Virus record (IMG/VR): IMGVR_UViG_3300042549_005931
Coordinates: 1-64,000 of that record
DNA: 64,000 nt
Reading direction: 5' to 3' (one strand)
Position numbers and translations under genes: made by a program
Notes under the pieces: generated by a model
The model's database searches: none
What the model saw: only the letters and a program-made list of their open reading frames with translations
Told to the model about the DNA's origin: nothing
In this document: in pieces, positions 29,506-39,914 of the stretch
Position numbering within the stretch: the first letter of the stretch is position 1
Layout of the letters: each line of letters starts with the position of its first letter

Positions 29506-30884
29506 ATTTTATTTTTTATTTTATGATAAAATTCTTCCATCTCGGGAAATGTTTTTAAAAAATTAGTACCTCTTCTTAAATCATGTTCATCAACAAATTT
29601 AACAAAATCAATTCGATTTTGGTTTAAATCTTCATCTTCGGATAATGACCAATCATATATTCTTTTAATTTTTTGAACTTCAATATCATTAAATCCCATA
29701 GTATTACCGTCATAATTTTCAACTGAATTGTACACCACAAATTCTGCTTGTTTTCTTATCAATTCTTTATGTTCCGGTTCTAATATTTTAACTGTCTGAT
29801 GTGGTGGGTATCTTAAATAAGATGCATCGACCGGTGCCGTTGTTAACCAATATCTATGAAAATTTTTGTGTTGTTTTCTTAAATCCAATACATTCTTTAA
29901 AAAAGTCCTAAAAGAAAAAACACTTAATGCGTTATATGTTGTCATAAACACAATAGTCACTTTTGGTACTTTTTCTAAAATCTTATTTACATTGTCCCAA
30001 AAACTATTAAATTCTAATCCATGTCTAATATATTCGGCCTGTGCTCCCCACCCATCTAATGATGTGTATATTATCATTTCGTTTACCAAATCTTTATCGG
30101 TAATAATTTGTAATTTTTGAATTAATCTATCAATTAAATTGTTAGGTACACCTAAATTTGAATTTATGGATAAGTTTAACTTAGTATTTGGGGATGGATG
30201 TTCTATAATATAATCCAATACGTTCCAAGTATCTTTACTTAATAATGGTTCCCCACCAGTTATCCTAAATGTATGTAAATCTTTATATAAATCCGGCCAC
30301 CAATCCCAAAATGCCTCCACATATGGATTATGTTCAGAATGTTTATATGGCATTTTACCTCCGGATTTAATCCAACTTAATTCACCAAAATCGTTGGATG
30401 TTGGGTATTTTCCATATCTTTCAATCTCTTCCATCCATTTAGATGAAAACATTGGTCCGCAATATGAACATTTAAAATTACAAGTATTTGAAAAAGATAC
30501 TTCCACGTATTTTGGATTATAGTTTTCCCTCCAACTTAAATTTTTAATTTCATCAAAATATTGTTGTGACCATGGTTCTTCGGATTTAAAAACTCTATCT
30601 GATAACATATCTGAATTATCCTCAACATCCCAACAGTACTTACATTCTTTTGGTCTTTCACCATTTAACATTTGTTTTCTTGCTTCTTTTTTTTCCTTAG
30701 TGTTATGTAAGGCGGTAGGATTCCTTGATAATTCAGATAGTGGTATTTTATGTGGTGTTGGATGATGACACGAATGTGTTAATCCATTATGTAAATGCAT
30801 AGTAACTTGTGTCCATTTAGCCAAACAAAATCCACACCCAACAGAGTCTAACTTATTTTTTATTTGATTATGAACATCACTCAT
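29502..30884 (-). CDS. Radical SAM protein with an N-terminal Cys-rich (twitch/SPASM-like) region
   Basis: CNFKCSYC, ITGGEPLL, N-terminal CLAKW..SCHH..ECKYCW. Confidence 0.9.
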   Translation of the reverse strand: MSDVHNQIKNKLDSVGCGFCLAKWTQVTMHLHNGLTHSCHHPTPHKIPLSELSRNPTALHNTKEKKEARKQMLNGERPKECKYCWDVEDNSDMLSDRVFKSEEPWSQQYFDEIKNLSWRENYNPKYVEVSFSNTCNFKCSYCGPMFSSKWMEEIERYGKYPTSNDFGELSWIKSGGKMPYKHSEHNPYVEAFWDWWPDLYKDLHTFRITGGEPLLSKDTWNVLDYIIEHPSPNTKLNLSINSNLGVPNNLIDRLIQKLQIITDKDLVNEMIIYTSLDGWGAQAEYIRHGLEFNSFWDNVNKILEKVPKVTIVFMTTYNALSVFSFRTFLKNVLDLRKQHKNFHRYWLTTAPVDASYLRYPPHQTVKILEPEHKELIRKQAEFVVYNSVENYDGNTMGFNDIEVQKIKRIYDWSLSEDEDLNQNRIDFVKFVDEHDLRRGTNFLKTFPEMEEFYHKIKNKI

Positions 30885-32251
30885 AGTTCTACATTTATAA
30901 TTTTAGTGTTATTGTTGTAATATACGTCTTTTAAGTTATATTTTAAACTATTCATCCCATCATTTTTATAGTTGATTTTCCCTTGTTGCATCTCTGTAAC
31001 AAATCTTCTTTCGTTCTTTGCCGTTGTCTCACCTTTGGCCCATTTACCATTAACAAATCCTTCATCAATGTGTGGTAAACATTCAAACTTTCCTTCTCGT
31101 CTAAATGGTAGAACATCTTTCATTACTTTAATATTTTCTTTACCGGAAATTACATTATTATACACCACACCTTCAAATTTTTCTGATGAATTAAAATGTA
31201 AAATTGGTGATTCATGTATCTCATCAATTGAGGTGTCATAAATTTTAACTTCAGATATCTTACCCTTAAATCTTGTATTGGTGTGATTACAGAAACCAAG
31301 TAAGAATGGTTTAATTGAATCGTGTAACCTTAATTTAGTGGTTAATATTCTTGGCGTATTGTATTTTGCACCCATGTAATTTAAAATCAAATCATCGTTA
31401 ACATACATACTATATTCGTCAGTATCTTTCTTATATGAAACAGTAAACCATGTCCAAAGATTCTCAAATCGTTTTGACCACGTATAGTAATGGTTGTTCG
31501 ACCTATCAATAACCATTGAATTAACCGTTCTTGAATTATTAAACGATAAACCCCAAGTCCAACTACCATCTTTTCTTAATAATGGGTACTCAATAAATTT
31601 TCTTTCGGTATCTCCAACCAACCAAATGGGTACTTTATCTTGCTGTTGTTCTGCGGTGAATAAAATTGATATGGTATGGTCATTGTGTAAACAAGAACTG
31701 ATTTCTCTATTGGTTGGTATTTCAATATGTGAATCGATACCATTAAATTCATAATAATCTTTGTCCTCATATTGATTAACCACTTCACCGGTTGTGTATC
31801 CTTCGTAATAACATCTCCAAAACAAATCATCGTCCTCTTGACCCCAATCCCAATATTCATTTGAATAACCATTAGTTCTTTCTACCTGTTCTTTGGTGAA
31901 CAAAATAACACCACCAAAATACTGGTCATAGTTTATACCATAATCATATTTTGATAGTTGTGTTGCTATATGAATAGGGTTATTTTCAGGATATGAATAG
32001 TCAACATTTTCATCCGGTATCATATCAACATCATGCCAGGCAATATAGTCACATCCGTCATTGAACGCATATTGTGCGGCAATGTTTTTCATCGCACCCC
32101 TATTAAATAGTTTATCATCAACTTGATGTCCAACATAAAATTCATGGTCGATACCTTTACCGGTTAATAGTTTACCAAGTTTATCAACAAGTTCATCTAA
32201 ATGATTTTTTCTGTCTCTGTACGGTATACAAATACCTAATTTATGACTCAT
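30881..32251 (-). CDS. GT7 (beta-1,4-galactosyltransferase-like) with inserted LamG domain
   Basis: IPYRDR, FNRGAMKN, HDVD, YFGGV, NGYSNEYWDWGQEDDD, LamG insert, C-terminal DGMNSLKY. Confidence 0.88.
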   Translation of the reverse strand: MSHKLGICIPYRDRKNHLDELVDKLGKLLTGKGIDHEFYVGHQVDDKLFNRGAMKNIAAQYAFNDGCDYIAWHDVDMIPDENVDYSYPENNPIHIATQLSKYDYGINYDQYFGGVILFTKEQVERTNGYSNEYWDWGQEDDDLFWRCYYEGYTTGEVVNQYEDKDYYEFNGIDSHIEIPTNREISSCLHNDHTISILFTAEQQQDKVPIWLVGDTERKFIEYPLLRKDGSWTWGLSFNNSRTVNSMVIDRSNNHYYTWSKRFENLWTWFTVSYKKDTDEYSMYVNDDLILNYMGAKYNTPRILTTKLRLHDSIKPFLLGFCNHTNTRFKGKISEVKIYDTSIDEIHESPILHFNSSEKFEGVVYNNVISGKENIKVMKDVLPFRREGKFECLPHIDEGFVNGKWAKGETTAKNERRFVTEMQQGKINYKNDGMNSLKYNLKDVYYNNNTKIINVEL

Positions 32252-33672
32252 ATTCCTACATTAATTTCTGTTATTTTTTTATCTTTTGTTTTACCATATT
32301 CGATAAACTCTAATGTATTTAACCCATCTTCATTAGTTAAATCGGTATTAATTGATATTTCATTGTGGTATCTTAACTGATTCCATCTTGTCGATTGGTC
32401 TTTCCATTTATTATCCAAAAATCCATTTTCATTATGCTTTAAAGATTTAAAAAGTGATTTTCTTCTATATGGTATTTTCACTTCTTTATATTCTGGTAAA
32501 TTTAAATTAACAATTTCACATTTTTCTATTTGTCCATTATTTTTATTACCCGAAAGGTCAATTAATTGGTAATTTTTAATAAAATTTGCATTATAATAAA
32601 TTTTTAAATCAGATGGTGACCTATGTATATTAAAATTTTCAGTTAATAACCCGGTTCTATTAATTGATATTTCTTCAACTTCTTTTTCGGTTAATGCAAT
32701 GTCATAATAGGCAAATTCATCAATATGACCCCTAAAATAATTAGGTATTAATTCTCTATCGGGTTTACCCACACCCAAATAAAAATATGGTTCCGTTCTA
32801 TAAGACCTTAGTTTTTTAAAATGTTCTGTTTGACCTATAAAAATACCGTCTTGATATACTTTTAAGGTTTTTTCAAACATGTCTAACACAATCACTATGT
32901 TAGTTTTATAGTTTGTTTTAATATTTGAATTGACGTAAAGTGCATTGTTAAAATTATCAAACGCACAAAAATTGTATCTTGAAAATGAATTATAACAAAC
33001 GGCAAAATCCCATCCTGGAATACTAAAAACGGTAAACTCGTCAGATTCTTTTTCATGATTTAATATTAAATTTTCAGGTAAAAACGAAATGAATATCGTG
33101 GCATTTGAATTAATATTAATCGTGTTATTACATTTTATTAATGAATCTATACCGTTAAACTTTAATGCCTTAGTTTTAATATTAAAATTTTTTAATTTTA
33201 ACGTGTTTAGATTAACATCATTTTTTCTACATCTCAATAATAAATCATCATCCTCAAACCCCCACGCCCAATACTTGTTTGAGTACCCGTTAATTTTTTT
33301 AAATGTCTCAACAGGGAACATAGTCACACCACCAAAATACTCATCAAATAACTCTCTCGTCTTCCCATTCTCGTCGGGTAAGAAATCGGTTGCAAGGTGT
33401 AACGGTACTTCAGAATATGAATAATCAACATCAATAGGTAACATATCCACATCGTGAAAAACAACGTAGTCACATTCCATTTTTAGTGCGTAATTAAACC
33501 CTATGTTTAATAACATACCTCTATTGAATTGTTTTGCATTATCTTGATTGACTATAATTAATTCATACCGAATATTACGTCCATCTAAATAATCGGTGAT
33601 ATGTTTTTTAAATAAATCTAAATGCTCAAATCTATCTCTATAAGGGACAATTACACCTAATTTTTTATCCAT
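32248..33672 (-). CDS. GT7 (beta-1,4-galactosyltransferase-like) with inserted LamG domain
   Basis: VPYRDR, FNRGMLLNIG, FHDVD, YFGGV, NGYSNKYWAWGFEDDD, ALKFNG..FRGHIDEFAYYDIAL, C-terminal DGLNTL. Confidence 0.9.
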   Translation of the reverse strand: MDKKLGVIVPYRDRFEHLDLFKKHITDYLDGRNIRYELIIVNQDNAKQFNRGMLLNIGFNYALKMECDYVVFHDVDMLPIDVDYSYSEVPLHLATDFLPDENGKTRELFDEYFGGVTMFPVETFKKINGYSNKYWAWGFEDDDLLLRCRKNDVNLNTLKLKNFNIKTKALKFNGIDSLIKCNNTININSNATIFISFLPENLILNHEKESDEFTVFSIPGWDFAVCYNSFSRYNFCAFDNFNNALYVNSNIKTNYKTNIVIVLDMFEKTLKVYQDGIFIGQTEHFKKLRSYRTEPYFYLGVGKPDRELIPNYFRGHIDEFAYYDIALTEKEVEEISINRTGLLTENFNIHRSPSDLKIYYNANFIKNYQLIDLSGNKNNGQIEKCEIVNLNLPEYKEVKIPYRRKSLFKSLKHNENGFLDNKWKDQSTRWNQLRYHNEISINTDLTNEDGLNTLEFIEYGKTKDKKITEINVGI

Positions 33673-33862
33673 TTATTGTTGGGTCTTTTGGTTTGGTGGT
33701 CTTGTGCCACTCCGATAAGTAATATTGGATTCTTTCACTCCATTCATTCTTATCAACTTCTTCAAACCAAACGGTTAACGCATCTAGTGAATTTGCTATC
33801 TTCTCTAATGCCTTTACTTTTCTTTGTTCAATTAATAATTGTTCTTTTTCTAATTCCGTCAT
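33665..33862 (-). CDS. Small hypothetical protein
   Basis: Coupled to neighbours; helical composition. Confidence 0.6.
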   Translation of the reverse strand: MTELEKEQLLIEQRKVKALEKIANSLDALTVWFEEVDKNEWSERIQYYLSEWHKTTKPKDPTING

Positions 33863-34710
33863 ATCGATATAATTTTTTTACTTAGTAATCCCCATTTTTT
33901 AAAGTTATTGTAATCTGGTGTGGTTAAATCCATTTCAAACATAAAGTCAGGTCTTTTTAAATCAATTTTAAAATTACTTTTTCTCAATACATTAAACATT
34001 AATTCATACTCATTTGAAAATGCGTATTCTTCTTTAATATTTGCCACGTCTTGTATTCTTTGAATTGCGGTATCATCCCATTTAAAATGATGTACTTGGA
34101 CATATCCGTGTGGATAAATTAATGGGTGATTCCATCCTTGCCATTTCCAAGTTGTGTGACCATCATTATCAACATAGTGTTGACCAGATGTCAATTGTAT
34201 AAAACCTTTTTTAATACAAATTTTATTTGGGTTAGCTCCACTCATGGGATGTCTGAAGAATCCGGCATTTGGAAACTGTTCCCAAATTGATATTTTAGAT
34301 TTTAAATTTGTAAACTCTCCGTTAGTACCAATTCTATCAATAAATCCACCTCTAACAATTGCATAATTATTTTCTTCACAATAATTGATAATTTTATTTA
34401 TGTCGTTGTCAGGATATAAATGGAACTCATCAATATCTGCAATGACCCACCAATCATTTGGTTCTTTGTTTGTTATGTAGTTATATAACATTGTAACTTT
34501 GTTCCAATCAAAAACTCTATCTTGATGAACCCTTACAATCTTTACATTATTATAATGTTGAGTCACACCCATAACATCCTTATTTAAGGAAGAGTACATT
34601 TCAGATTCATAAACTACGATGTTTATCTCATCAACATAGTTTTGATAATGATTAATGAAATGTGGTAATAATTTGACTCCGTGTCCGATAACCGTTAATA
34701 ATCTTGTCAT
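33859..34710 (-). CDS. GT2-related glycosyltransferase
   Basis: LLPHFINHY, WWVIADIDEF, GGFIDR, HHFKW. Confidence 0.75.
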   Translation of the reverse strand: MTRLLTVIGHGVKLLPHFINHYQNYVDEINIVVYESEMYSSLNKDVMGVTQHYNNVKIVRVHQDRVFDWNKVTMLYNYITNKEPNDWWVIADIDEFHLYPDNDINKIINYCEENNYAIVRGGFIDRIGTNGEFTNLKSKISIWEQFPNAGFFRHPMSGANPNKICIKKGFIQLTSGQHYVDNDGHTTWKWQGWNHPLIYPHGYVQVHHFKWDDTAIQRIQDVANIKEEYAFSNEYELMFNVLRKSNFKIDLKRPDFMFEMDLTTPDYNNFKKWGLLSKKIISI

Positions 34711-35432
34711 TTTCTATTAATAATGGTAATACCACTTGAGGATGGTTTATCCATTAATATACGAAAATTGAATAGATTAATCAAGTTCCATTCAGGATTA
34801 TCTTGTAATTCTTTGACTAACTTGGATGGTCCATCAAACCGGTGGTGGTCTTTTTTTGCATCTTCTGAAACTATAAATGTTTCTTCATATTCTCCATCAG
34901 TATCGTGTAACATAATGATACCTTTTTCGGATAAGATTGTTGAATATAATTCGAAATCTTTTTTTACTCCTTCATATGAATGGTCTCCATCGATAAATAA
35001 AAAATCTATTTTAATATCTTGTCTAATAAAAAAATCATAAAACGCGTCGACAGAAGTCGATTTGATAAAACGAGGAACAAATACCTTACGAAGGAATGAG
35101 TGTTCGTTTTCCAAGTCGTTATACCCACCAACCCCATTACAAGCGTCAACGACATAAGTAGTCCCAATGTCGCCCCAATTAAAATCATTGTTTCCATTGA
35201 ATATATTTTGTTTATGTAAATCTACTCTGGCCTGTGTTATTATTCTTGGTATATAACCACCACCAGAACCAATACAAACACAATTCTTGGCCCTCATGTG
35301 TTGAATTGTTGAATAAACCATGATACCATCACCCATATGTTCACTAGTTGCTCCGTGGGACCATAAGTATGGAACCATTTCTCCACCATTTGATGTGATG
35401 TTATTTGTTATAAAATCTTGATTGGTAATCAT
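34707..35432 (-). CDS. SAM-dependent methyltransferase (Methyltransf_24-like)
   Basis: IGSGGG, FIDGDHSYEGVKKDF, IMLHD. Confidence 0.85.
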   Translation of the reverse strand: MITNQDFITNNITSNGGEMVPYLWSHGATSEHMGDGIMVYSTIQHMRAKNCVCIGSGGGYIPRIITQARVDLHKQNIFNGNNDFNWGDIGTTYVVDACNGVGGYNDLENEHSFLRKVFVPRFIKSTSVDAFYDFFIRQDIKIDFLFIDGDHSYEGVKKDFELYSTILSEKGIIMLHDTDGEYEETFIVSEDAKKDHHRFDGPSKLVKELQDNPEWNLINLFNFRILMDKPSSSGITIINRK

Positions 35433-36157
35433 TATCTTATTTTAGATGTTAAATGTGTCGGAACGTGTCTTTTACTATCACCATCGGTATATTTTTTCAT
35501 TAAATTGTATAAATCCATATCTCTCTGTATTGGTGTTTGAGATAATAATGCAGATATTGCTGTTGATATTCCTTCACCGGCACCATTTACTTTTTTATTA
35601 AATTGTAAATCAGAAAAATCTTTGGTTAATTGTAACTTTTCATAAAAATTATAAAATTCATAATGGTTAAATCCATTATTATTAATCACCATAAAGTATT
35701 CCCAAATGGTTTCTAAATCACCATAGTTTGGATAAATTTGTTCGGCATATTTTATATAAGGTCCCCACTGGTCTTCTTTCAAATGAAAATCCTTAACAAA
35801 CTCTTTTTTCGCACTATGGTTTAACAATGTATCAATATACGAAATTCCTGGCTTAAATTCAAATGTCTTGAGGTCCCTTAAAAACGAATAGTCTTTTATT
35901 TTAACATCCGCGTCTAATATGATAGCAATATCGTGGTCTTGTAGAATATATTTTGGAAGAATTAGTTTATCGTGATATGATTTGTATGATTTATAGTATG
36001 GAATTGTTTTAGCGTATTTGTTATAAATTAAATTTGGCGTGTCGGTAAGAACGTAACAACTAAAACCAAAATTTAATATTTCATTTATCTTATCATTTGT
36101 TCCTTGATAAAAATAATCATCACCAAAACACATTATACCAAACCCAATATTATTCAT
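35432..36157 (-). CDS. Putative glycosyltransferase-like protein (paralogue of 23750..24427)
   Basis: VLTD, YHDK, ILDAD, GAGEGIS. Confidence 0.5.
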   Translation of the reverse strand: MNNIGFGIMCFGDDYFYQGTNDKINEILNFGFSCYVLTDTPNLIYNKYAKTIPYYKSYKSYHDKLILPKYILQDHDIAIILDADVKIKDYSFLRDLKTFEFKPGISYIDTLLNHSAKKEFVKDFHLKEDQWGPYIKYAEQIYPNYGDLETIWEYFMVINNNGFNHYEFYNFYEKLQLTKDFSDLQFNKKVNGAGEGISTAISALLSQTPIQRDMDLYNLMKKYTDGDSKRHVPTHLTSKIR

Positions 36158-36197
36158 ACGAAACCGTTTTTTAATATTTCATTATAATATAAATACC

Positions 36198-36653
36198 TTA
36201 GACTTTTTTAACAAGTTCATTATCCATAATAGTCTCAATTGTTTCATAAACTGTTCTGTTTGTGGTGTCTATATCAATAAAATTATCTGTTGGTTCTTGA
36301 TAATTTTCAACATGAAATTGTTCTCTACCCCTAATATCTGAGGTGTGAACAAATATTTCAACTACATTTTCTTTTAATTCTTTTTTAAAATTATCCCTCA
36401 AATCTTTAAACGGTGACACTATTGACATGACAACATTTTTACCATCATTAAACGAAAGTTTTGCCATGTTTTGTGCAAGTTCAATATTTGTTCTTCTCCC
36501 ATTTTCAGAATAATCTTTGTTTTGTGTTAAATTACGCAAGTCGTCACCGTCAATGTGATGTACGTTTGTCAATTTATGTTCACACAGATATTTTGCTAAT
36601 GTTGTTTTACCGGCACCAGGTTGTCCAATAAAATAAAAAATCTTCTTACTCAT
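36198..36653 (-). CDS. cysC: Adenylyl-sulfate (APS) kinase, compact form
   Basis: GQPGAGKTT P-loop, IDGDDLR, YSENGRRTNI, SPFKDLR, YQEP. Confidence 0.85.
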   Translation of the reverse strand: MSKKIFYFIGQPGAGKTTLAKYLCEHKLTNVHHIDGDDLRNLTQNKDYSENGRRTNIELAQNMAKLSFNDGKNVVMSIVSPFKDLRDNFKKELKENVVEIFVHTSDIRGREQFHVENYQEPTDNFIDIDTTNRTVYETIETIMDNELVKKV

Positions 36654-38445
36654 TGTAAATTTTATTTACATATCTCTCATGTACCCCAAATCTTGACTCA
36701 ACACTCAATGGGTCATCTTTATTCTCATCGTAACAATAGTCTTCAAATCCCAATTGTTTAAATCTTTCATTAATTCTTTCATTATAATGATACATAATGG
36801 TTCTAACCCTTCTCTGAATGTCTTTTCTTGATAAATCATGTGAGTTACTACTATGAATGTATTGTAGATACAACATTTTAGGTATTCTCATCATAATCGT
36901 ATGTAAGAATGTACGAATAATTAATTCATAATCATCCGCAATTGCTAAGTGTCTGTTATGACCCCCGATTTGGTGGTATACTTCCCTTCTCCACGTTCTA
37001 ATATGATTTGGGACTCCAACTATATGTCGAATGGTTTTAGGGTTTATATTGACAGCAATGCAACTTTGGTAGAGTTTATCATTCCAATAGTAATCTTCAT
37101 AATGACCATACCCCATTGCAAATCCCGGTTCGTATGTTAATGAGTTGTGTTCGTTATCTATTTCGGCATTGTCTGAATAAAAGAAACCAACCTCAGGATG
37201 TTTTTGTGAAGCATCATATAATGATTGGGTACAATCTTCCGTAATAATGTCATCGTGGTCTAATTCACATAATAGATATCCATTACACAACATAGCCGCA
37301 CGATATTTGGTTTCACCAATAATTCCATTTGACTTTTCCCTGAAATCATACACCTTAACTCTTGTGTCTTGTGACGCAATACTTTCAGCAATCTTCAATG
37401 TTTTACCATTATCACTTGAGTCGTTTACCATTACCCATTCCCAATTGGTATATGTTTGGTTTCTTAATGACTCGTAAGTTCTGTAAAGTACGTCGCCGGT
37501 ATTGTAGATTGGTGTGAAATAAGATATTAAAAGACTTGTGTCATTTACCAATATGTTATTCATCGCACAGTGATATGCATGTTCACCAGTCCATTCATTT
37601 ACCTCAGGTAAGGTAATCCATTTGTTACGAATTTGTAATGGTTGATTTGCAAGATTGGGGAAATTTTTCCAATCATCACTTATCGTAATAATCGAATCGG
37701 GTTTAAATTTTATCAATGCTTCCTCAATGTTAACATCGGTAGGTAATGTTAATGTTTCTAAACTGTCATCTTCATAATCTGCGGCTTTATATGATTTTAA
37801 TTCCCTATCTAATTTATCAATCAATAGTATTTTGGGTACCTTAGGTTTTTTGGGATTTTCAAAATAGTTATAATAACTTAAAACTTCATTAATCCAAAAG
37901 AAAACGTCTGGTTTATCACCATAAATTTTATCAATTAAAAATCCATCACCGGCATAATGACCGGTAAATTGATACTCTTTAAACACACTATGATGAAAAA
38001 GTATTTGTCCCACATCAACACCTTGATATTTCGTATTTTCTGGTTTTGCATCTCTAATATCCAATCCCGTAAAGTCTTTTCCATCGACCCTTTGGGAAAC
38101 AATGAATATCTCCTTATTTGGATTATCCTCAATAGACTTTTCGAGTTTTGAACAGAAATCTTCGTGAATAATATTATCATCATCCAACAGATAAATCCAA
38201 CCATCTAATTTAGACGCGAGTTCACCGCATTGTGGATATAAGTAATCATCACCATTACCATTAACAAAGTGTAATTTTATTTTATCACTTTGTAAGTTTT
38301 GTAATAGGTCTACAGGTATTTCTTTTAAACGACTTGTATCGAATAAAAGGTGCCATGTTATATCAAATTCATTAAACAAGATGGAATCTCGAATAAAAAT
38401 TAGATTTTGGAATCGGGTACATCTTGTTAATATGTGTAATTTCAT
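36646..38445 (-). CDS. Two-domain GT2-like glycosyltransferase
   Basis: N-domain YLLDDDN; C-domain TPIYNT, VNDSSD, ELDHDD, ADDYEL. Confidence 0.85.
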   Translation of the reverse strand: MKLHILTRCTRFQNLIFIRDSILFNEFDITWHLLFDTSRLKEIPVDLLQNLQSDKIKLHFVNGNGDDYLYPQCGELASKLDGWIYLLDDDNIIHEDFCSKLEKSIEDNPNKEIFIVSQRVDGKDFTGLDIRDAKPENTKYQGVDVGQILFHHSVFKEYQFTGHYAGDGFLIDKIYGDKPDVFFWINEVLSYYNYFENPKKPKVPKILLIDKLDRELKSYKAADYEDDSLETLTLPTDVNIEEALIKFKPDSIITISDDWKNFPNLANQPLQIRNKWITLPEVNEWTGEHAYHCAMNNILVNDTSLLISYFTPIYNTGDVLYRTYESLRNQTYTNWEWVMVNDSSDNGKTLKIAESIASQDTRVKVYDFREKSNGIIGETKYRAAMLCNGYLLCELDHDDIITEDCTQSLYDASQKHPEVGFFYSDNAEIDNEHNSLTYEPGFAMGYGHYEDYYWNDKLYQSCIAVNINPKTIRHIVGVPNHIRTWRREVYHQIGGHNRHLAIADDYELIIRTFLHTIMMRIPKMLYLQYIHSSNSHDLSRKDIQRRVRTIMYHYNERINERFKQLGFEDYCYDENKDDPLSVESRFGVHERYVNKIYNE

Positions 38446-39359
38446 TCTACGTCAAAGAAAAATAATTGGAAAAATCTTGAATTGTTTATTGTGTCACCAA
38501 AATAGTCGGAGGCTGAATGTATTGCTTTAGCATCCCAAATCACTAATCTATTATATACATTTGCAACGTTATCAACGGTTTCAAATTGTGTTTTATCATA
38601 GTAATTATAATCTTGACTAATTCCTCTGAATGTTTCTTCAACACCCTCTTCAAATGAATCTTCAAAACGTTTTTTACCTGTAACTTTACTACGATATGTT
38701 TTAGTACCGGTTTCTAATGGTGCATCGGGTGTTAGATAAACAACACCGGCATATTGTTGAACATCGGCGTGGATAACTATTGGGTCGTAAGATGTACAAT
38801 ATTGGAATATACCATTTGAATAATCCTCACTTTCCCAATTTGTTATTCTTCTCCCCATTATATTTTCTATCTTTTCTTTTGTTCCATCAACAAAAAATCT
38901 TTCCATACTTCTTTTACCTCTTGATGAGGATGTTGATTGAAAAGTTAGATTATTCATTGCGTAGTCTCTAATTAGGTCGGGATTTTTATAGAAATTATCA
39001 ACAACAATTAAATTCTTATGACCTTCACTAAATTCAGCACGAAACGCAATAAACTTATACACACTTTCAATTTCCATTGTTGTGTTATCCATCAATCTAA
39101 TTGTTAATGGTAAATCAATTTGTGATTGGTTTAATGTTATTTCAAAACCAATCTTATCGACATCACCAGCATGTGGGTATATCTCTTTCACATCTTTTCT
39201 TGTAAACCTATATGTGATTAAATCAACACCACCAATTTCAATTGATTTAATGTCTTGATTTGTGTGTAGCATCCATCCATTTAATATATATAACCCAAAA
39301 GAATGGGTTACACTATCAACATACCATAGAATTGCCGGTTGTTTTGAAATATGATTCAT
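38442..39359 (-). CDS. 2OG-Fe(II) oxygenase-like protein with an extra N-terminal domain
   Basis: VVDNFYKNPD, IHAD, AGVVYLTP, YNRLVI..IHSA, SRFFQLFFF. Confidence 0.75.
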   Translation of the reverse strand: MNHISKQPAILWYVDSVTHSFGLYILNGWMLHTNQDIKSIEIGGVDLITYRFTRKDVKEIYPHAGDVDKIGFEITLNQSQIDLPLTIRLMDNTTMEIESVYKFIAFRAEFSEGHKNLIVVDNFYKNPDLIRDYAMNNLTFQSTSSSRGKRSMERFFVDGTKEKIENIMGRRITNWESEDYSNGIFQYCTSYDPIVIHADVQQYAGVVYLTPDAPLETGTKTYRSKVTGKKRFEDSFEEGVEETFRGISQDYNYYDKTQFETVDNVANVYNRLVIWDAKAIHSASDYFGDTINNSRFFQLFFFDVE

Positions 39360-39913
39360 AATTTATTTTTTAGTAATTTTTTATAGTACTCCTTTTCACT
39401 TTCTAATCGTTCCATCATGATTTGATATTCATTTGGATAAGTTTTACTTACATATTCCTCAACCTCTTCTTTTGTTTTCCATACATCAAAATAATTCCAA
39501 TCGTATTCGTTTTTATCATATGGAACATCGTAACCCTTTTCTTTAACTAAAGATGTTAATTCACTTAAATCGATAATCTTTGCAAATCTATCGGTATTTT
39601 CCCAATATTCATAAATCCATCTATATAAATTTAAAGAATAATGACCACTACCGTTTGTTGTTATATTTTTAATGATTTCTTGTTCAGTCATCCCCGGCCA
39701 ATAATCATTCCATATGTGTAATAAATCGGTATGTAATGCCGTTATCAAATGACCGTATGGTTCTCTTACAACAATATATTCGGTTTTTAATGTTTGTTTC
39801 GGTAATTCAATAGCACCAATAGTCAAATCATTTTGAAAAATTGAATTCAAATAACGTGAACCACATTTACCTGAACACATAATAAAATCACCGTAAACAT
39901 TTAAAATTATCAT
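39356..39913 (-). CDS. Sulfotransferase-like protein
   Basis: SGKCGSRYL (PSB-like), VVREPYGHLITAL (3'-PB-like). Confidence 0.5.
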   Translation of the reverse strand: MIILNVYGDFIMCSGKCGSRYLNSIFQNDLTIGAIELPKQTLKTEYIVVREPYGHLITALHTDLLHIWNDYWPGMTEQEIIKNITTNGSGHYSLNLYRWIYEYWENTDRFAKIIDLSELTSLVKEKGYDVPYDKNEYDWNYFDVWKTKEEVEEYVSKTYPNEYQIMMERLESEKEYYKKLLKNKL

Positions 39914-39914
39914 A

